NCBI GenBank assembly: GCA_000182565.2
Contig: KQ257450.1
DNA from: Spizellomyces punctatus DAOM BR117
Lineage: Eukaryota
Direction: 5' to 3' (one strand)
DNA: 64,000 nucleotides
In this document: one piece after another, positions 37,506-51,400 of the stretch
Layout of the letters: each line of letters opens with the position of its first letter
How positions within the stretch are numbered: position 1 is the stretch's first letter
Notes under the pieces: model-generated
Database searches by the model: none
What the model was told of the DNA's origin: nothing
What the model saw: the letters and a program-made list of their open reading frames with translations, nothing else
Position numbers and translations under genes: made by a program

Positions 37506-39182
37506 ATGGCTGCCAACACAAATATGGAGTATCGCTTTTTGGGCCGTAGTGGGCTAAAGGTTTCCGTATTCTCTCTGGGAGGATGGTGGGTGCGGCGTTC
37601 ATGTGCTTTGTTTCCCAGCTGTGATCTACAGATGGAGGTTTCTCGGACGTTGCCTGGGGCGTTGACTGTGCTAGTTTATTCATCTTGCCACAATCTCTTT
37701 TACCTGCAGGGTTACCTTTGGGGGACAAGTTGGTAATGAAGCAACTTTCTCGTGTATGAAAGCCGCCTATGATGCAGGTGCGAACACCCTCGCGTTTGAA
37801 ATAGTAAGTGTTAAAGACTCACAGCTCACTATCATCCAGGCATCAACTTTTTTGACAATGGTATTTCCGGGTGGTGACTTTACGTGACCGTGCCAAATCT
37901 GATATGATACTCTCGTCATCAGCCGAAGTATACGCTGGAGGTGAAAGTGAACGTGCTATGGGACTCGCGATCAAGCATTTTGGCTGGAAGCGCAGTGATC
38001 TGGTGATCTCTACAAAGATTTACTGGGGTGGAAAAGGGCCCAACGACACAGGTCTCTCCCGCAAGCACATTGTCGAGGGAACAAAGGCTGCTCTTGAGCG
38101 TCTCCAGCTGGTATGCAGTTAACACTATCACACGCGGGTGCATGCTTATTACTTACGAGATTTATTCGGGTTTGTCAGGACTACGTGGATCTTATCTTTG
38201 CCCACCGTCCGGACAACTTGACCCCTATGGAGGAAATAGTTCGCGCTTTCAACTGGGTGATTGAAAAGGGTTACGCATTTTACTGGGGTGAGTGATACTT
38301 TGGAGAACCTTTAATAAGGGAAGCAGACGCTCATCAACTGCATAGGTACCAGCGAATGGTCCGCGGAGCAGATCAGCGACGCCCATCGGATCGCTGAGAA
38401 ACTTGGTCTTATTGGACCTTTGGTAAGACTTTTTAAGAGCGCACATCGCATTGGATCAGGGTTGGCGACGCTGACGCTAATTATTACTTCTAATAACAGA
38501 TGGAGCAACCCCAATACAACATGTTCCACCGTGAGAGGGTACCTATTCACTGAAGCGGACAGCGGACGCGATTATAGATTTACTAATTAATTTATCAGTT
38601 CGAGGTCGAGTACGCCCCTCTGTACAAAAAGCACGGTCTAGGAACCACGATCTGGTCACCCCTTGCCTCTGGTGTCCTGACGGGCAAGTACAACGCCGGG
38701 GTCGTCCCAGATGGTTCTCGTTTTGCCCTAAAGGACAGTGCTGTGATCCAGCGTATTAGAGCTAGCGCACTAGACACTGAGGAAGGCAGAACAAAGATCG
38801 CCAAAGTTCAGAAACTCGAGGTATAGTTTATCGCTTTGCTACAGGCAATGCAGGGCAATGTTTTAACAATACGTCCTAACGCTCACGTATCGCAGCCGAT
38901 TGCTAAAAAGCTTGATTGCACTCTTGCACAATTGGCCTTGGCATGGTGTGCCAAGAACCCCAACGTGTCTACCGTTATCACTGGTACGTTTCACCCCTTC
39001 AAAATGGCAGCTAGTAGACATCTTGCTGATTGTACTATGTGGAACTAGGTGCTAGTCGACCGGAGCAGGTGGTGGAAAACGTGAAAGCCATAGAGATATT
39101 ACCTAAGCTTACTCCCGAAATTTTGGCTGAGATCGAGGAGATCCTGGACAATGCACCAAAGGCTGATGTGGACCGTTACTAG
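37506..39182 (+). CDS. Aldo-keto reductase, voltage-gated K+ channel beta-subunit-like (AKR6-type), 9 introns including a 21-nt micro-exon
   Basis: [79 protein letters not shown]. Stop TAG at 39180-39182. Confidence 0.92.
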
Positions 39183-40505
39183 AATGTGCACACATGGCAT
39201 GGCCAGAATGAGACCAGAGGCTGTTTCGACATTGGCGGTTAAATATATAGTTCTATGTGGCGATCTTTAGCATCGTCGTATATGCGTTAGATATTTGTCT
39301 TCAAGACTATTAAACTGTTGAACCCACAAAAGTGGAGACGTTTTTCAACATGTGACCAGAGCAACTTCAAATCGGAGTTTTACGTCATCGTGGCGCAGTA
39401 TGTTTTGGTCTCGACCTCGTTTTGGTTCATATTGCTCGGGTTTCCTTTTGGAAAGTATCTAGGGGTCATTTGAGTCATGATGGTAACCCCAAAGTTGATG
39501 CGCATATATTTATATCTGCTATGGGCGGGAGCGATATCTTGAGGGAGCAACAGGTTGTGTGATATGGGCTCCAGTATTGGTCTTGTTTGCCGAGTGCTTG
39601 ACGAGTTGTCTGAGCGTGTTTTTTGAGCGGTCGTACCGACCTGACCTGTCAAAACACAACGATGTCCAAGATGTGATAAAAAAAAATACCCTACGCTCGG
39701 ATGTGGTCACGTCCCATTCATGTATTGCACGCGCAAATAGATCTGTGTCTACCCTTCTGGTAGCAGTTCCGCGTAGGGGCATGCTGACGGAACGTGTTTG
39801 CTTAGAATGCTGATTGTAGGCAGACAAAGGAAGCGACAATTGAGATTTTGTTCAAGCAGGGCTCTAGCTTGCTTACTCTTCGGTCGTAAATTTAGAAAGG
39901 GGAATCCCCCAACCCCCTGTTGTTCAAAGGGCCCGTGCCGAACCGTCGGGATATCCAGCATTTTCAATACCAACTAAAGCGCGGACGGGCGGGGCCAGCC
40001 AGTTACGTCCAATATGCGCACATATCCAATAATTCTCTCGCGTGTTACCATTCACTAGCAGCCATTATCAACTCCAACTGTGCATAGCTTGTGTCTTTCT
40101 GCCATGGATGCCATAAACGTATCCTGACTTGGGTCTGGGCTACCCTCGTGTCTCCTCGTCCTCTGGCTGAGGCCTGTAGGTGACCCTATTGAATTTTGGT
40201 TTGTTGGTAAACGAGGGTTTCCAACATAACGAATGAGGGCGGGTGATTTGATTGTATGGGCCGGCATTTTTCTGCACTGCTGTTGAGTAACGAGCGCGGA
40301 TAACCTGTTGTTGTGTTTTTCTTTGTATGTGGCGACATTGGGAGATACGATCTGTTTTATTTTTTTATTTTATACATTACATTACATTAGGTGCACCGGT
40401 TTTGTCGTTGGACAAAAACTGAAAACCCTTGTTAAGGGTTAGCACTCTTCTCTCTGTTCTGCATTACATCCATCACCCCCGATTCACACATCCCAAACGT
40501 CCAGC

Positions 40506-43500
40506 ATGACCCAACTCGAGTCCTCTGCTCTCACACTCCCCTTTCCTGACGACCGACTCGGGATCCTTGGTCCAACACTCAAAGCCTCACTCTGCCGCGA
40601 CGAGTTCCACCGTTCGATCCGTCGGACGTCTTCCGCCGGCGATATTCCACGAACGTGGAAAACGCTATTAGGATCAGGTGCAGCGTTAGATGGATATGTG
40701 CGGAGAGGAAGTGCTGCGTCAACTGGAACGAGCGCATCCAGTGGGGGTTATGAGGTGAAATGTGGGGAAGAAGCGAATCCCGCTTCTTGGCATACCCAGC
40801 AACAACGGGAGGATGGACAAGTACCAGAACAGCTCCAAAGAGCATCGTATCTTCCAGATGCTATGGGCGGTGTGCTGGGATTGGGTGTTATGAGGATACA
40901 TGATCATCTGGTTCGGGGCGAAGGAACGACGCAGTCTTTGCCTAGGAATGGATGGAAAGGGATTCCAACTATTGTTGGTCTCGATTCGGCTGCTACTTTA
41001 GGGCAGGATGTCTCATCACCATTATTAACATCCACATCGCCATCTACCACGATCACGACACAACCGATAGGACTCAAATCTCCCATCGCTCTCCCAGCAT
41101 CCAAGCAAAAGAAGCCCCTTCGTCCAGCTCTCCGCCGGCCATCCTCGCCTATTATCAACCAGGTTAATCCTGAGCAACCACCTATCGCATCCACCCCATG
41201 GACCAAAAGTGAACCTGCTCTCGCCAAACGTCCTCCAGAGCTGTCGTCTGACAGTGACCCCCAGTCCTCGGAAACCAGCACCAAAAGCGAGCCGGCACTC
41301 CACCGCAACGATGCGCTGCCATTAGATAGTGAGGCAGGGCCGAGTTCCACCACCCTCTACATTCCCTCTCGAAAAGGTAGCGCACCTACCACCATGCGCA
41401 AGCGGTCAAACAGCTTTGACGAAAAGGGAAAAGGACGACCAAAATCTGCCAATGGTCCACGGAAAGGAAGCGACGGCGCAATCGATGTTGAGCCGCGTGT
41501 CTCGTTTAGTGAACAGACGGAGCATATCGCTCAAGGAAGAAGGGGGAGTGGGTCAAGTTTTTCGGAAGGACATCGAAAGGCATTTTCGGCTTTCATGGGG
41601 CAAACGCGCAAACCCAGTGGAGGACCAAATGGTCCTGACTACATCTCAGATGACGATGAACGAGGCATGCGCATTTTTCTGGAACAATGTCAGAAACGGC
41701 GGACAGTGGGTGGTGCCAGGTCTTCAGGGGGAGCATCGAATTCCGATGAAGAATCCGGCTCCCGGATGAGCCCACCGCCAAGAAAAGGGAGTAGTGGAAA
41801 AGAGAAAAAGCAGACAGCATCACCCACACAACCCCAACAGCAGCAGCAGCAGCAACAGCAAGCAGAAGAAGACTTTCAATCCTCCCTGGGCCGCAAACGA
41901 GCTCGATCGACAGGAGCCGACAAAACCTATACGACCACGACCACAACCCATATCTCCAACATGAGCATTTTTAAACCTCTTCCTGGGGACATCATTAACT
42001 CCGACGCCCTCCCTGTCACCGTGGTTGCCGAACACCCTGCAGTCTTTTACCACCACCACCCTACAGATGAAGACGACCCCCATGACTACGGGAATGAAGC
42101 GGATGTTGCTGATGACGACGCAGATGAGGCATCCATTCCAAACAATCCCCGCAAATCCAGTGGCTCGATACGAAATAGGAAACTGATCCTCCAACCGCAA
42201 TATCCTCCTGATGAGACACTTAGCATCGGGACACTATCACAATCAATTTGGAGACCGGGGAGACATCATCGGCTGGACGCTGGGAGTCATGCGGCCGAGG
42301 GAGCAGGGGGTGGACGGCGGAGATCGGATGTTTATGCGCCGTCGATACGGTCGCCGTGGCTAAAGGCGGTTCGACTTCCTCCGAGGTGGTTGTCACTAAG
42401 AAATGCGATGGCTTTAACCAATGTCATTATTATTGTATTCGCGATTATTGTGATTGCGGTTGTGAGCTATGTTTCCGGAAAAGATAATGCGCGGGTCGCC
42501 CTCGAGGCCCTCGGCACCGTCGCCCTCAAGTCCATCGCCCTCTCCATAGGTTCGGCTCTGGGCCGCGCAGAAGAATCCAACGCCGTTACGGTCTCTGCTG
42601 TCGAGACTTGGTCACTCCGCCCCGACACCCAAGTCTGTGCTGGATACTACTGGTCTCGGGTGAAACGAGCAACGAGGTGGAATGGGGACCAGATCTATGT
42701 TGTGGATTTGAAAGGGTCTTTTTGTGGGGTGTTTGTCAATTCTTACCCGGGGTTCGAAGATTTTACAATTCCGGATCCAAAGGCAGTAGGTGGACAGGGG
42801 AAGTATACGTTGAGATTAGCAAACGGGACAGCACCCGCCCCAAGATACTCGTACAGCTTGAACAGCACCGCCGCGATTGCATGCCCCAATTACGAGGACC
42901 CGGCATGCGTTGCCAATCTATTGGCATCACCCACAGACGGAACAATTGATTTCTACGATGCAACACAGCGACCATACTACCGTCGTGCACTATCCAGTCC
43001 TTTCGAAAGTTGGACCGGAGTGTATAATCTCGGATCTGGGGATGGATATGGCTTCACCAATGTTATGCCGGTACATCAGTCCCCGTTTGATACGAATTCA
43101 CTGGTCGCGATTGCGGCAGTGGATATACGCTTACGGTCCCTCTCGCAGTTTTTAAAGCAATCACTAAGTGCCTTGTTGAGGGATTTGGACCCGAGTCGGC
43201 CAGATGTACTTTTTAACGATGATACCAGTGTTGCAGGGGCTATTCAATTTGTGATTGCTGATGTACAGACAGGGATTATCCTTGCGTCGACGTGTCCTGG
43301 AAATCGAGATGTTCCGTTGGCGACGACGCCTGGTGCGATGTTGCCACCACCTCCCGATGACCCTCCACCATTGTTTGCTTCGATGGATGGCGATCCGTGT
43401 TTGGGGGATTTACCGTCTACAGTAGGCTCTTTGAGAAATTTGCCTACAACACCCGTCCTTAGCGATGAGAATATTCCCATCCTCTCTGCCCCCTTGCAAG

Positions 43501-45161
43501 TGTGGTCAGACAGTGCGTTGGTCATTGCATCCCTGTATCAGCCTCGGGCGGGATTACAGTGGGCCATTATAGGGCGGGTTCCTGGGCAATACTTTCATCT
43601 CCGTCTAGGACAGATTTACACTCTCACGATCCCCTTGACAGCGGCGCTTGTCCTTGTTGCCTCGGCGTTGGCGAGTTTTCTCGTCACGAGGGCCATTGGG
43701 CGGCCTTTGAAACGAGCAGCGGAGAAAATGATGCGAATTGCAGATTTGAATTTTGACGAGGATGCACCGTCGTTTTCGGATGACGACACGGATGGTGGAA
43801 GCGACTACGAGGACCCCCCTAGACGGCGCTGGAGTCTAGCGAGTCTCCGATTTGGATGGTCCTTCCCGGGGCGGAGAAATAGTAACGATTCGCAAGATTC
43901 AACAGACCGAGGTCGATCCTCTACGGTTCGTCGGTCGTTTTTCTTACCACCGCGTTCCCGCTCCACATCCCGATCCGCCCGACGACGCCGTCGAAGTTCG
44001 GCAGCATCCGCACGAAGCAAACAAGTCCCGTTTGTGCTAAAAGAAATCCAATTGCTCAATACGGCCATGGACGCCATGACCTCTGGGTTAAAAAGCTTTA
44101 GCAAATATGTTCCACTGGATGTTGTCGCCCTGTTGGTGAAAATGAAGCGAGAGGCGGTGTTGGGTGTCGATGAAATGAGTTTGAGCATTTTCTTCTCGGA
44201 TATTGCCAATTTTACAACGATTGCTGAGAGTATGAGTCCACAGCAGTTGGTCCTTGTGATGAGGTAAGGTTTCCCTTTGTCAATACTGTCGGTTAGCGAA
44301 TACTGTGGTTGAAAACGTGTGCGTACAGTGAGTACCTGAGCGAAATGTCGAGCATCATTCTCGAAAGTCAAGGGATCGTTGACAAGTTCATTGGCGACGT
44401 AAGCGCACAGCTCTTTTCATAGATGAGTTTGGATTTTTTTTTTTCAAACCTCGTCTTCTATGTACACTAGGCTGTCATGGCGTTCTGGAATGCTCCCTTG
44501 TATTTAGAGGAGCACGCCATTGTTGCATGCGATGCTGCACTCAAATCACAGGAGCGGTTAAAGGAGCTTCGAGATGGTAAATTATCGATGGGTGTTTATA
44601 TGCAGCCTATTTGAAAACTATTGGCTGATGTGCTCTATCCTAGACTGGTTGGTAAAAGGCTACCCGGAGATCCGTGCCCGCATCGGACTCAACACTGGCC
44701 CCGCTCTGGTCGGTAACCTCGGATCCCCTACTCGTCTCAACTACACTTGCCTAGGCGACACCGTCAACCTCGCCTCCCGCCTTGAAGGTCTTAACAAACG
44801 CTACAACACATCCATCATTGTGTCGGACGCCGTGCGCGATCAGGTTCACGAGTATTTTGTACTTCGCCCTCTCGATTATGTAGCAGTTAAAGGCAAGACA
44901 GTTGCTAAAAAGTGTTATGAGCTCGTCGATTCTCTGGATGCGTGTGATCCCGCCGTCCTTCGACGCATGATGCTGTACGAAAAAGCATTCGATTATTACT
45001 GTCAAGGGGAATTCGAACAGGCAAAAGTCCTCTTTGAGACGTACTTGGTGGATGTGCCGTGGGATGTTCCGGCGATTATGCATCTGGAGGAGTGTATGAG
45101 GTTGGAAGAGGAGGGTGTGCCAATGAATTGGAGTCCGGTGGTGGTTTTGGATGAAAAATGA
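40506..45161 (+). CDS. Membrane receptor-type class III adenylyl cyclase (~1483 aa): disordered N-terminus, TM1, Cache-like extracellular domain, TM2, interrupted HAMP, cyclase, TPR-like tail
   Basis: Exons 40506-44263, 44329-44398, 44471-44576, 44644-45161. SIFFSDIANFT, VDKFIGD|AVMAFWNAP, RIGLNTGPALVGNLGSPTRLNYTCLGDTVNLASRLE. Cache-like DATQRPYY...WTGVY. Confidence 0.9.
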
Positions 45162-45458
45162 TTATTTTATGTTGTTTTGGTCGGGTCCTTTGCTGGGTTT
45201 GGTGAGTAGGTTGTGGTGTGCTAGTGGGCTTGTGTCATGGCGGATAATGGACCACGCTGGGACCTTCTGTACATAATTTTCTTTTTTGTAAAGCATAAGA
45301 AGAAATCTCACTTGTATGCATATGTGTTTGCATCCTTTCTTGTAGATGTGTTTACTCTGTCGACGGCTAGACATTTGAGGTCAACAGAAAAGGGTCTAAT
45401 CGACAAGATCTTTATTAAATATTATGTACAAAATCTCTACCAATACCCACAAGCTCCT

Positions 45459-48400
45459 TCAATCGGTATTCAAAAGCAGACAAACCCCCTGCAGTACCCA
45501 ATGACTCCCATGATCATTCGTACTCAAATCCGCATCAAACACCCACCCGACTCCACTGGCGTTCCGTCTCTGCTGGGTCGTGTACACTGGTGTTCGGAAC
45601 GTGTTGACGAGCTTCAGTCTGTGTGATTCGATGGGGATGATGCGGAGGATGGGAAGTTCAGTTAGGAGCCTTCCGCCAGTTTCAAGACGAATGAGCGCAT
45701 TGTTTTTGATGTCCCAGCCTGCGCCTTCTAGGTAGAGGCCTTGGACGTAGCAACCAGACGAGGGGCGTTCTTGTATTTCCTTGGGGTCCGTGTACTGCGT
45801 GACTTGAGTGTACAATGTCGACCGGTCCAGTGGCCATCCATTTTTGCGGCAGGTGGTTTGAACAAGGGCGGTGATGTAGGCCTCTGGAACATGTAAGCCA
45901 GATAGCCACATGACGACGGGTTCCCCGTTCTTGATCCAGTTGGAGTATTGCTGGAAGCGCCGTTCGAAATGCGTGATCCACCCTCCGAGACCTTTTTCTG
46001 TCTGTGGAGCGAGGGATCTCCACATGCTGGGTAGGTTGCCATTGAAGAGCGAATTGGCAAGTTGGTCCAGTTTAGCACTCATACCGATTTCACCCTTAAG
46101 AGCTCGGCGCAGATCTCGAAGGGAGGTCGACATTTGGTCCACCAGTATATTCCATCGTTCAAGTTCTTGTAAGAGGACGACTTGCGTAGGAGAAGGCGTG
46201 CCGATCGATTTATAAATTCGGGGAATGTCAAACATGGTAGGGAGTTTGGCTTGGATGTCTGACGCAATATTGGAAATAAACTCCTCCCGACTGATTCCGC
46301 CTGCCCCTTCTGCAGTCCGTGGTTGAAGCGAGATGAGCTGCGTCCACATATCTTTTACGGCTGTGGTGAGGTACCCGATTTCCGCGTCTGGATGGAGACC
46401 AAACACGTCAGGTGCGTTTGTCAGAGGGAGACCTTCAATATAGGTAAGGTAGTCATCTCTGGTGCCGTGTCTCGGGACTTTGTATTGGACTTGTGGGTTG
46501 GAGTAGAAGAAGAAGGGTTGGAAAGAGTCGAAAAGGAAATCTCCGAGGTATTCGTCAAGGTAGGTCATCAGTACTCTGCGATCGTAGTCATCCGTCACTC
46601 GACCTCCATAGATCGTTTCACCAATCAGATACCGCAACGTCGTCCATGGAATCTTTGCGTCCTTGACGCCAGCTGTCTTGTTCAAGTACGTTCGCAAGAT
46701 GGTCATACTCACTCTAAAGTCCGATTCATTGAAGTCGTATTTGACATTCCACCCAATCTTGCCATACTTGCCACGCTCTTGCACTACAGCATGGAAAAAG
46801 GCTAGAACGTACACCAAGGGACGGAACGCCTCGTGAGCACAGTCTTGTAGGGTTTCCTCTGTCAGCTTGTAGTAGCTACTGCGTAGATTAAGTTTAAGTC
46901 CGTTGGGAGGTTCTGTCACGACTTTCAGAGATCGTTGGAGGATGCCGATGGGGAATTGGGGTGTTGGCTCTGTCGTTAGCCACAATCTAAAGTCTACATG
47001 CGGTTTCTCGATCTTTTCGAGAACCTTTTCTAATGTCCGCAACCAAGTTACCAACAAATGGCAATTCTGCAGCATCAACCACTGTCCACGAGATACAGCT
47101 GTTTCTAGCAATTGCAATGCAATCGGGGCTTGTCCTTGCCCTAGTGACAAAAACTTGAGCCTGTTTCCCCCAAACCCACGGGCCTCTGCCAATTTCTGCA
47201 GGTCATTCTGTGGATCTGCTCCCGGACTGAGGATAAAGACCACCGGACTCGTCGGCGTCGATTGCTCAAAAATGTTTTGGTAATTGATCACCGGCGGCAT
47301 GACGTACTTTTCTCCCATGTGTTTAATGACAAAGTTGGTCACGGCATTGTAGACACGGTCGGTGCGGAAACACCGGAGCACGCAGAGCTGTTGGAAGGGA
47401 GACAGTCGGTTCGAGTAATCCATTGGGAATGGTGCATTTTCGGGAGCATCAAGTCGCACCCAACCTTGCCATTCCTCTTCATTTTTGCGAACGTGTTCGG
47501 CCAACATGGAAAAGTTGGCATTGAGGGTCGTCAGACGGAGAAGGTCCTTCCAACCCTGGTCCGTGATCCATGAAAAGGGTTTGGCAGTGGCGGGTTGCTC
47601 AAGGGATATATCTCCTTTGAGGAAATAATTGAGCTCCACCGGGTCAATCATCCCTTCCGCTTCCATGAGCTTAATCGTCATCTGGAATGAGAACATGAGC
47701 TTGTGTTTCTCGAACAAGCCCGTGCATGCGTAGTTATAGACGGCGTATTTCAACGTATCCATAATCTTTGTCAATCGCTTTGAAAGGTTAGCATCGGGCT
47801 TGCTGCGATGCAGCGAGAGGGAAAATACTTCAAGGAAGGCGGCAAGTGAGTACTCGTACATGGGGTTGATGGTTGACAATCCCGCCAGGACGAAAAAGAG
47901 GACAGCCCCGCACTTGGCGGCTGGGCGGTAGGCATCACGAGAAATCTCAACCTCAGCTGATGTTTGGGTCGCAAGTACCACCTTTTGTCCAATTTCAGTT
48001 GCCTTGGATTTTGTTTCTTCCAGTGTCCTGATGAGTTCCACATTGTCCAGCATCAACCCTGTGGACGATGCAAGTTCTCGAAGCAGCGTATCCTCTAAAT
48101 CCTTCAAGAGACTCTTGTTCTGGCTCATTTCGGCAATCAACCGTTCGCGTTGTTCCTCGAGCTCCTTCCTTTCGTGTCCCACGACAACGTTCAGGAGCTG
48201 ATCACTGAGCCCTTTGAATGTCACACTGTAGTTGATGATCATGGCGGACCCAAACATCTTGGGGGTGTAGGTCGGGTTTGGAAGTCGCGATGTCAAATAC
48301 AATCGGAAATTGGGGTCGTAGTCAACTTCCTTGTCCCCCAAAACAATGAACCTTCGGGCTCCTTGCACTTTGATATTCTTCTCCAGTAGGTTATCGATAA

Positions 48401-51400
48401 CAGGATCAATATATTCATCAACGTCTTCAAACAAGAAGGGGAAACCGTAGGTGACTGCCATTTCCAAGTGCTTCAAAAAATCTGGATCATTAAACGACGA
48501 TATCTTCAAGTTATTGGCAGCTTCACGCTTCTTGATCCAATTCAAAGCTTGTTGTTGTGGATCGATACAAAGGGGGAAGCGAGAGGCTTTGGTGGTAAGG
48601 ATACCGTTCTGAATGGATAGTTCGTCGGCGGGTAAACCTTCTTGACTCCATTTGCTCATCTCCACATCTGTCACTAAAAGTTTTTCAACTTTGAAATTGG
48701 CACTGATTGGAACGCTCTTGGAGGACAGATCAACCATCCATCGCTTGTAGATGAGGTCGTTTCGCAGCTCCCAGTTGAATGCACCAGCGTAACTGAGGAA
48801 TCCAGAGACAAGGAGGCAGTCACCTACGAGTTGGATACGCTGCTCCTTCAGGGACTCTAGATCTTTGGCCCAACGGATTCTTTCTGAACCCAAGCCAGAA
48901 ATGAGCTTATCGGCTGCTTGAAGGCGCCGCTCCATAATTTCAGCCATCTTTTGAAGTTCGAGCTGCTCCGCTTTTGCTTGGTGAAATTGTTGTTGCAGGG
49001 AACCGAGCTCGTCGTTCAACCGTTTCAACTCTTTGGTGATTTTCTCAAACTCATTTTTGGATAGGGCAAGATTTTTTTCCAGTGTTGCCACAGCTGCACG
49101 TTTGGGGGCAATTTGTTTTGCGACGTTGCAGTAGCCCACCACGGCCAGTACAAACTTTAACAGCCCAGCACCAGCAGCTGAGATTTCATTCATCCGCTGC
49201 ATGGACACATCCATTTCTTTCAAAATGCCCTTGACGGCCTTGATTTGTGCACTAGATATTCCATCAACGTCCAAGGCTTGTAAAGATGATTTGAAATCTG
49301 TTGCGGACATCATGGTTTTGGCGCTCTTCCATGAAACATCTTTGATGCCCTTGATAACACAAACACATTCGCAGACTTTTTGCACTTCTTTGGGCGGTTT
49401 GGCAAAGGAACGAATTTCAGTGATTTCGGAAGCAGAAAGATTTTGTAATGCTAGTCGAGCTTCTTCCAATGCAGGCAATGCTTCGGCAAGCGCCGCCTCA
49501 GCTTCTTCCTTGTCTTTAGCAATCTGCGTATTTTGGGCGTCCAGTTCGGTTTCCTTCTTTTCCGCTAGCTCCTTCTTTTCTTCAGCTTCCTTTGTGCTGC
49601 TAGTAATTACTTCCAGCAGCCTGTTACATGCTTCGGTCTTCTCCTTGACTGCAATATTCTGTTCAGCCAACTGTGCATTGAGGACATCCAGCTGTCGCGA
49701 TGATTCCTCGAGTTTTCCCAGACCAGTTTCCAAACGAGCACAAGAGCGAGTGTTCAGATCGCGATTCTCTTCCAGCAATCGGTTATAAGTGTTTACATAG
49801 TCCAAATAATTTTTTGGAGTCACATAGTTGGCTCGTCGGTATTTTTGTAGGAATTCGCTGCTCGCAACTCCCACTGACAGATGGACTCCCACCATGTGCT
49901 GCACAATCGAACCTCGATGCTCAGTAGGGACCAAATCCTCACGTAAGAAAGCATCCGCAACGGAGAAGAGTGCTTGCTCAGGCCATGGTGGGAACCAGTC
50001 GATGATGGTATTGTTGACCAAACCAGGGAAAGATCGGCATCGATCTCGTAACTTATCTCCTTGAGGGGACATGCAAAGGACAACGTGTAGATTATTCGAA
50101 CATTTGTTGACAAAGTATTGCCAAAGATTTTCCTTTGTTTGAACAATCCCTTGTTTAACCGCTTCGTCTCGAATCAACCCCAATAGCGCATCCTTTTCGT
50201 CATCTTCATAGAGTGCTGGTACCATACCAGTGGTGAGCATATTGTTGATGAGTTCCAGAAACCCTTCCTGCACGACGTGGGCATCCGTAAATAGGAACAC
50301 AGTTTTCTTGCCAGATCCCAGTTGGGAGTACAGCGTCTTTAGAGATTCGCGGAACTCTGCTTCTCCGTAGCCTCGAGTAAGGGTGATCTCGAACACGGAG
50401 CACCCAGCAGCAAAAGCAGCTAAGCGGGTTAAAGACTGTTTACCAGATCCTCCCACACCTACCAACAGAGCGTGACCACGTTGCATACGAATGACTCTAT
50501 GAATCCTCGTCAGATGCTCCAAAGCGTCTTCAAAGAGAACAAGGTTCATCCTGTTAAACTTTTCATTATATTCCTCTAGGATTTCCTGGTATATAGACCG
50601 GACAGCAGTAAAATCGAGCAAGTCTTCATACAACCGTGCAGTTTCTTCATGCATCGCATGCCGGAAATCGCCAAACAAACTGGGGTTCCGTGTAATGTAC
50701 TCTTCATCGGTTTCAAAGTTGTCCAGTACGAGTCGATTGATGAGCTTGGTGACATAGTCGCGATCAGCATCCGTGACCAGTCGATCGTAAAAGACGCGGA
50801 GAACCTCGTTTCGCCAGAGTCTAACAAAGTGTTTTGCTTCGACAAAGTGATCCGGAGTTGCCAAGCATAAGCCTTCGTAAACCCGGGAGATGTCACGAAG
50901 GTTGAAGATGTAGTGGAACTTGCTCGGAGTTGGCATGAGATTTTTGGAAACCTCCGCGTACAGTTTTAGAGTAATTGTGGTCAGTCTGTCGCCTATTTGC
51001 TTGATACCCTCTGAAAAGGGCGTTAGGTGGCCTTGTAGGATATTGGAATAAATCCTTTGCAGACTGTTCTCTTTCGGGAAAGTGATATTGAAGACACAAA
51101 ACAAGGATGCAAAGCGGATGTCAATGTCGTTCCTGCCTCCTCCGGGCGTACCCATCGCACCTAGGAACTGGACATCTTTCAAGTATTTCCAGTTGAGCTC
51201 CTTGCCTCGGTCATAAATACCGCCGCGCTCAATAAGTAGTTTCAAAAGCGCAATGGGTTGCTGTGTGCCGTAAGTGTCTTTTGCAGGCATGTTCAGATCG
51301 TCGATAAACACAATCATGCGCTTTCCAGCAGCTGGTCCATAGGTATCCTTGGTCCGCTTTTCGACATTGGCTTCCAAGTTCTTTTGAACATCCAAGGAAC

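Noticed and set aside
39380-40270. Short ORFs upstream of the cyclase
   Set aside because: No recognisable protein features.
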